From a virus (lineage: Duplodnaviria > Heunggongvirae > Uroviricota > Caudoviricetes): 64,000 nt of DNA. Of the stretch, positions 60,683 to 64,000 are shown in pieces (the stretch's first letter is position 1; every line of letters begins with the position of its first letter). The position numbers and the translations under genes were made by a program. The notes under the pieces are model-generated. The model did no database searches. It was not told the origin of the DNA and saw nothing but the letters and a program-made list of their open reading frames with translations. The DNA lies in the IMG/VR virus record IMGVR_UViG_3300028591_000077; one strand, 5' to 3'.

Positions 60683-62962
60683 ATGAGAACATTATTGATA
60701 TTAAGAGGAGCCCCAGGTGCTGGCAAATCAACTTGGGTAGAAAATATGGGATTAAAGAGCTATACTCTTTGTCCAGATGACATCCGTGTCTTGTGCGCTT
60801 CACGCGATTTACAAGCCGATGGTTCTTTTGCTATTGCTAGAAATCATAATGTCGAACAAGAAACCTGGAAAATCATTTTAGACCTTTTAGAATATAGAAT
60901 GTCTCGTGGCGAATTAACTGTTTTAGATGCAACAGCTTCTAAAACAAAAGATATTTTACAATACCGTGAATTAGCTGAACAATACCGTTATAGAATGTAT
61001 TGTGTTGATTTTACAGATGTTCCTATTGAAGTATGCAAAGCGCAAAATCTACAAAGACCTGAAGACAAAATTGTTCCAGAATCTGGCATTGATAACATTT
61101 ATGCACGTTTTGCTACACAACCTGTTCCTTCTCGTGTGGAAGTCATCAAACCAGATGAAGTTGAAAAGATTTTAGAAAAACCAATGGATTTATCTACTTA
61201 TAGAAAGGTAGTCTTTATTGGTGATATTCATGGTTGTTACGATACTTTAATGCAATATCCAGATTTTAAAGATGGATTAAAAGATGATGTTGAATACATC
61301 TTTTTAGGTGACTATATTGACCGTGGAAATCAAAACGCTGAAGTTATGAACTGGTTATATTCTATCATGAACAGACCAAACGTTTGTTTATTAGAAGGGA
61401 ACCATGAAAAATATTTAAGAGACTATGGAGCTTCTGTTCCTGCAAAGTCTTCTGAATTTGAAGATAAAACAAAACCACAGTTAATCGCTGGCGGTTTTGA
61501 TGAAAAGAAAGCCAGAATGTTTTATCGTAAAGTTCGCCAAATGTCACACTTTACTTGGAACGGCCTTGAAGTATTAGCCTGCCATGGCGGAATTCCATGC
61601 ATGCGCGCAAACCTTACTTATATTCCTACATGTGCGTTTATCAATGGTGTCGGTGAATATAAAGACTATCAAGTTATTGCCGATACTTGGATGAAAGAAA
61701 CTAAAGAAAACCAATATTTAGTTCACGGTCATAGAAACACTGCGCAAGACCCAGTTCAATTGGCTGATAGAGTTTTTAACTTAGAAGGCGAAGTTGAATA
61801 TGGTGGAAAATTACGTATTGTTGAATTAGAAACTAAAGGTCAATATCCAGAGTATGGTGTCACTGAAAATGGCGACAGAATCCCAGTTGGATTTAATACT
61901 TTATTTAATTGGAATGTTGTTGAATTAGACGACTGCCAACCTGTTACTGAGGAGACACAAACAGAACAACGTAGAGTCGATACTGTTGAGCAAGCAGTCG
62001 ATTATTTAAGAAACAATAAGTTCGTCAAAGAAAAGAAATTAGGTAATGGTATCTCATCTTTTAACTTTACTCGTGAAGCTTTCTATTCTGCTAACTGGAC
62101 AAGACAAACAGTCTTAGCTCGCGGATTATTTATTGATACAGATAATAATAAGATTATGGCGCGTTCATATGAGAAGTTCTTCCGTATTAATGAAGTTCGC
62201 GAAACTGAAATGATTGCTTTAAAGAACAGACTACAATTCCCAGTCAAAGCTTATATCAAAGAAAATGGTTTCTTAGGAATCGTTTCTTATAACTACAAAA
62301 CTGATGATTTATTTATCGCTACAAAGTCATCTGATAAGGGTGATTGCGCGGATTATTTCACAGCAATGCTTGAACCTTATAGAGCAAAAATCCTATTTAC
62401 ATTAAAGACATATTATGAAGCTGGAAATCCAATTTCATTAGTCTTCGAATGTGTTGATCAAGAACATGACCCACATATTATTAGATATGATTCAAGCAAA
62501 GTAATTTTACTTGATGGCGTCAAAAACACTCTTACTTATGACACAATTTCATATACTGAGCTAAAAGCTTGTGCACTTGGAATTGGTTGTGCTGTTAAAG
62601 AGTTGGCTTATACTATCAAAGATTGGGATGAATTCAGAACCTTGGTTATGGCTGCTGATGATGAAGACTATAAATATCAAGGAAGATATATTGAAGGATA
62701 TGTCTTCGTAGACTCTTCAGGATTCATGACTAAGCTAAAAACTGGTTATTATAATTTCTGGAAGTTCATGAGGGGCGTCGCTGACGCGACACTTCGCTGT
62801 GGATACTACCGTAGACTTGGCGCGCTAAATACTGCTGCCGCAAATCAATTCTATGGATTCTGCAAAAAGTGCTTCAATGAAGACAGAATTGTAGAAACAA
62901 AGAGTTACCCATATAAAACAGACATTATTTCATTAAGAGAAAAATTCATCGGAGGTAAATAA
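60683..62962 (+). CDS. pnkp: polynucleotide kinase-phosphatase (bacterial Pnkp-like: P-loop kinase + calcineurin-type phosphoesterase + C-terminal ligase-like domain)
   Basis: Walker A GAPGAGKST; GDIHGC / GDYIDRG / GNHE metallophosphatase triad; C-terminal KENGFLG (KxNG lysine motif). Confidence 0.7.
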   Translation: MRTLLILRGAPGAGKSTWVENMGLKSYTLCPDDIRVLCASRDLQADGSFAIARNHNVEQETWKIILDLLEYRMSRGELTVLDATASKTKDILQYRELAEQYRYRMYCVDFTDVPIEVCKAQNLQRPEDKIVPESGIDNIYARFATQPVPSRVEVIKPDEVEKILEKPMDLSTYRKVVFIGDIHGCYDTLMQYPDFKDGLKDDVEYIFLGDYIDRGNQNAEVMNWLYSIMNRPNVCLLEGNHEKYLRDYGASVPAKSSEFEDKTKPQLIAGGFDEKKARMFYRKVRQMSHFTWNGLEVLACHGGIPCMRANLTYIPTCAFINGVGEYKDYQVIADTWMKETKENQYLVHGHRNTAQDPVQLADRVFNLEGEVEYGGKLRIVELETKGQYPEYGVTENGDRIPVGFNTLFNWNVVELDDCQPVTEETQTEQRRVDTVEQAVDYLRNNKFVKEKKLGNGISSFNFTREAFYSANWTRQTVLARGLFIDTDNNKIMARSYEKFFRINEVRETEMIALKNRLQFPVKAYIKENGFLGIVSYNYKTDDLFIATKSSDKGDCADYFTAMLEPYRAKILFTLKTYYEAGNPISLVFECVDQEHDPHIIRYDSSKVILLDGVKNTLTYDTISYTELKACALGIGCAVKELAYTIKDWDEFRTLVMAADDEDYKYQGRYIEGYVFVDSSGFMTKLKTGYYNFWKFMRGVADATLRCGYYRRLGALNTAAANQFYGFCKKCFNEDRIVETKSYPYKTDIISLREKFIGGK

Positions 62963-62963
62963 T

Positions 62964-63311
62964 ATGGCTGATATACCACAAAATAAAAAGATTTCGTTAG
63001 AGACCTTTCTAAGCTACTTCGTATTCAAAGATTTGGTTATGGATAAGACTGGATTGACAAGACAGTCTGCACAAACAGTTAGAATCTTCTATGATGCTAC
63101 TGATCCAAATCATTGGTTCGATTTTGGAATGTCTGACTTTGGGGACCACCCCGACAAGTTCAGCGCAGTTCTCAGAGAAGATATACTCGATAGAATGGTC
63201 GTTGGATTCTATGTCGCTGGCGGTAAGCTCTGTATTTCAGTGTCGGATGAGCATCTATATGATGATTTAGAAGACCTATCAGACTTTGGCAATAGTAAAA
63301 ATGCTGCATAA
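62964..63311 (+). CDS. hypothetical protein (115 aa)
   Basis: ORF; terminator 63325-63365. Confidence 0.45.
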   Translation: MADIPQNKKISLETFLSYFVFKDLVMDKTGLTRQSAQTVRIFYDATDPNHWFDFGMSDFGDHPDKFSAVLREDILDRMVVGFYVAGGKLCISVSDEHLYDDLEDLSDFGNSKNAA

Positions 63312-63420
63312 TTAAATTTACTCAAAAAGGTTAGGGTTTTGCAGAGAAATTCTAACCTTTTAATTTTTATTTTATAAACAATTATTGTATATTATAATAA
63401 GTTGTAATAAGGAGGTGTGT

Positions 63421-63624
63421 ATGTTTGACGTAGAAGTTTTGTCAAAACGTCTCGCGGAAGTGCATGAAATTGAGTTGTTAGGCAAAACCTATACAATTAA
63501 AAATTGTGTTCGAATACTTGAGAAAGATATCATAAAACTTTGTGCCGTCTTAGAGGCAGATAATTCAGAAATAACAGTATTTATTGATGCGAGAGAATAT
63601 CCACAAGGAGCAAAAAATGAATAG
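63421..63624 (+). CDS. hypothetical protein (67 aa)
   Basis: RBS aaggaggtg + ATG. Confidence 0.4.
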   Translation: MFDVEVLSKRLAEVHEIELLGKTYTIKNCVRILEKDIIKLCAVLEADNSEITVFIDAREYPQGAKNE

Positions 63625-63835
63625 ACTTTCAGAGCAAGAGACTAAAGAATTTATAGCTAAATTAATAGAGGTTGTTTGTGAAGAACAAACCCTTCACAAA
63701 GAAGCTGATGAGGGTGTAATAACGCTTATTAACAAAATTGGCATACCGGTATTTGTGTATGATTCTAATACTACATATACTGTTACCTCATTTATCAAAT
63801 GTTTCAGCGAAGCGCTGCAGGAGAACTTATTGTAG
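63617..63835 (+). CDS. hypothetical protein (72 aa)
   Basis: ATG overlapping previous stop. Confidence 0.4.
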   Translation: MNRLSEQETKEFIAKLIEVVCEEQTLHKEADEGVITLINKIGIPVFVYDSNTTYTVTSFIKCFSEALQENLL

Positions 63836-63838
63836 TAT

Positions 63839-64000
63839 ATGGACGATATTTATGAAAACTATTGTGAATTATTAAAACGATACCAAAACGAAGAAGATGA
63901 TTTAGATAGATGCATAAATACATTATTACGATTAAAAGAAACAAAACTTAATTCTTTGGATGCTGATATCTTAATGGGCATTATCAATAAGCTTAGAGAA
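63839..64000 (+). CDS. hypothetical protein, 3'-truncated by window end
   Basis: ATG after TAG; open to window end. Confidence 0.3.
   Translation, partial: MDDIYENYCELLKRYQNEEDDLDRCINTLLRLKETKLNSLDADILMGIINKLRE

Noticed and set aside
1-64000. rRNA genes, integrase/att sites, transposases
   Set aside because: Nothing resembling rRNA, tyrosine/serine recombinase motifs or IS terminal inverted repeats was seen in the window.

Overview
Large phage-like, almost entirely plus-strand gene array from an AT-rich replicon that reads TGA as tryptophan (genetic code 4, Mollicutes-type), or alternatively a stop-codon-recoded phage. About 100 short, tightly packed ORFs, most preceded by their own promoter and followed by a rho-independent terminator. 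Identifiable genes: HNH endonuclease, dCMP/cytidine deaminase-like, thymidine kinase, a 1,867-aa tail-fibre protein interrupted by 8 in-frame TGA codons, nucleoside deoxyribosyltransferase-like, flotillin (SPFH), a tRNA/RNA-repair arsenal (Thg1-like 3'-5' polymerase, P-loop kinases, Rnl2-like RNA ligase, MazG, CCA-adding enzyme, two HAD phosphatases, trifunctional Pnkp, YqeY, peptide deformylase), ATP-dependent DNA ligase, a NADAR domain plus a PARG-like macrodomain (reversal of ADP-ribosylation), class-3 lipase, and a tandem-duplicated GT2-TPR glycosyltransferase that is the only minus-strand gene. The first ~12.5 kb differs from the rest: higher GC, sigma70-like TTTACA-N17-TATAAT promoters, no TGA sense codons, and GC-rich non-coding islands full of a palindromic repeat family. 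An ~0.9 kb promoter-to-terminator non-coding stretch at 11.4-12.3 kb looks like a large structured RNA. No rRNA, CRISPR array or confident tRNA was found. All calls are by eye from motifs; no database searches were run.
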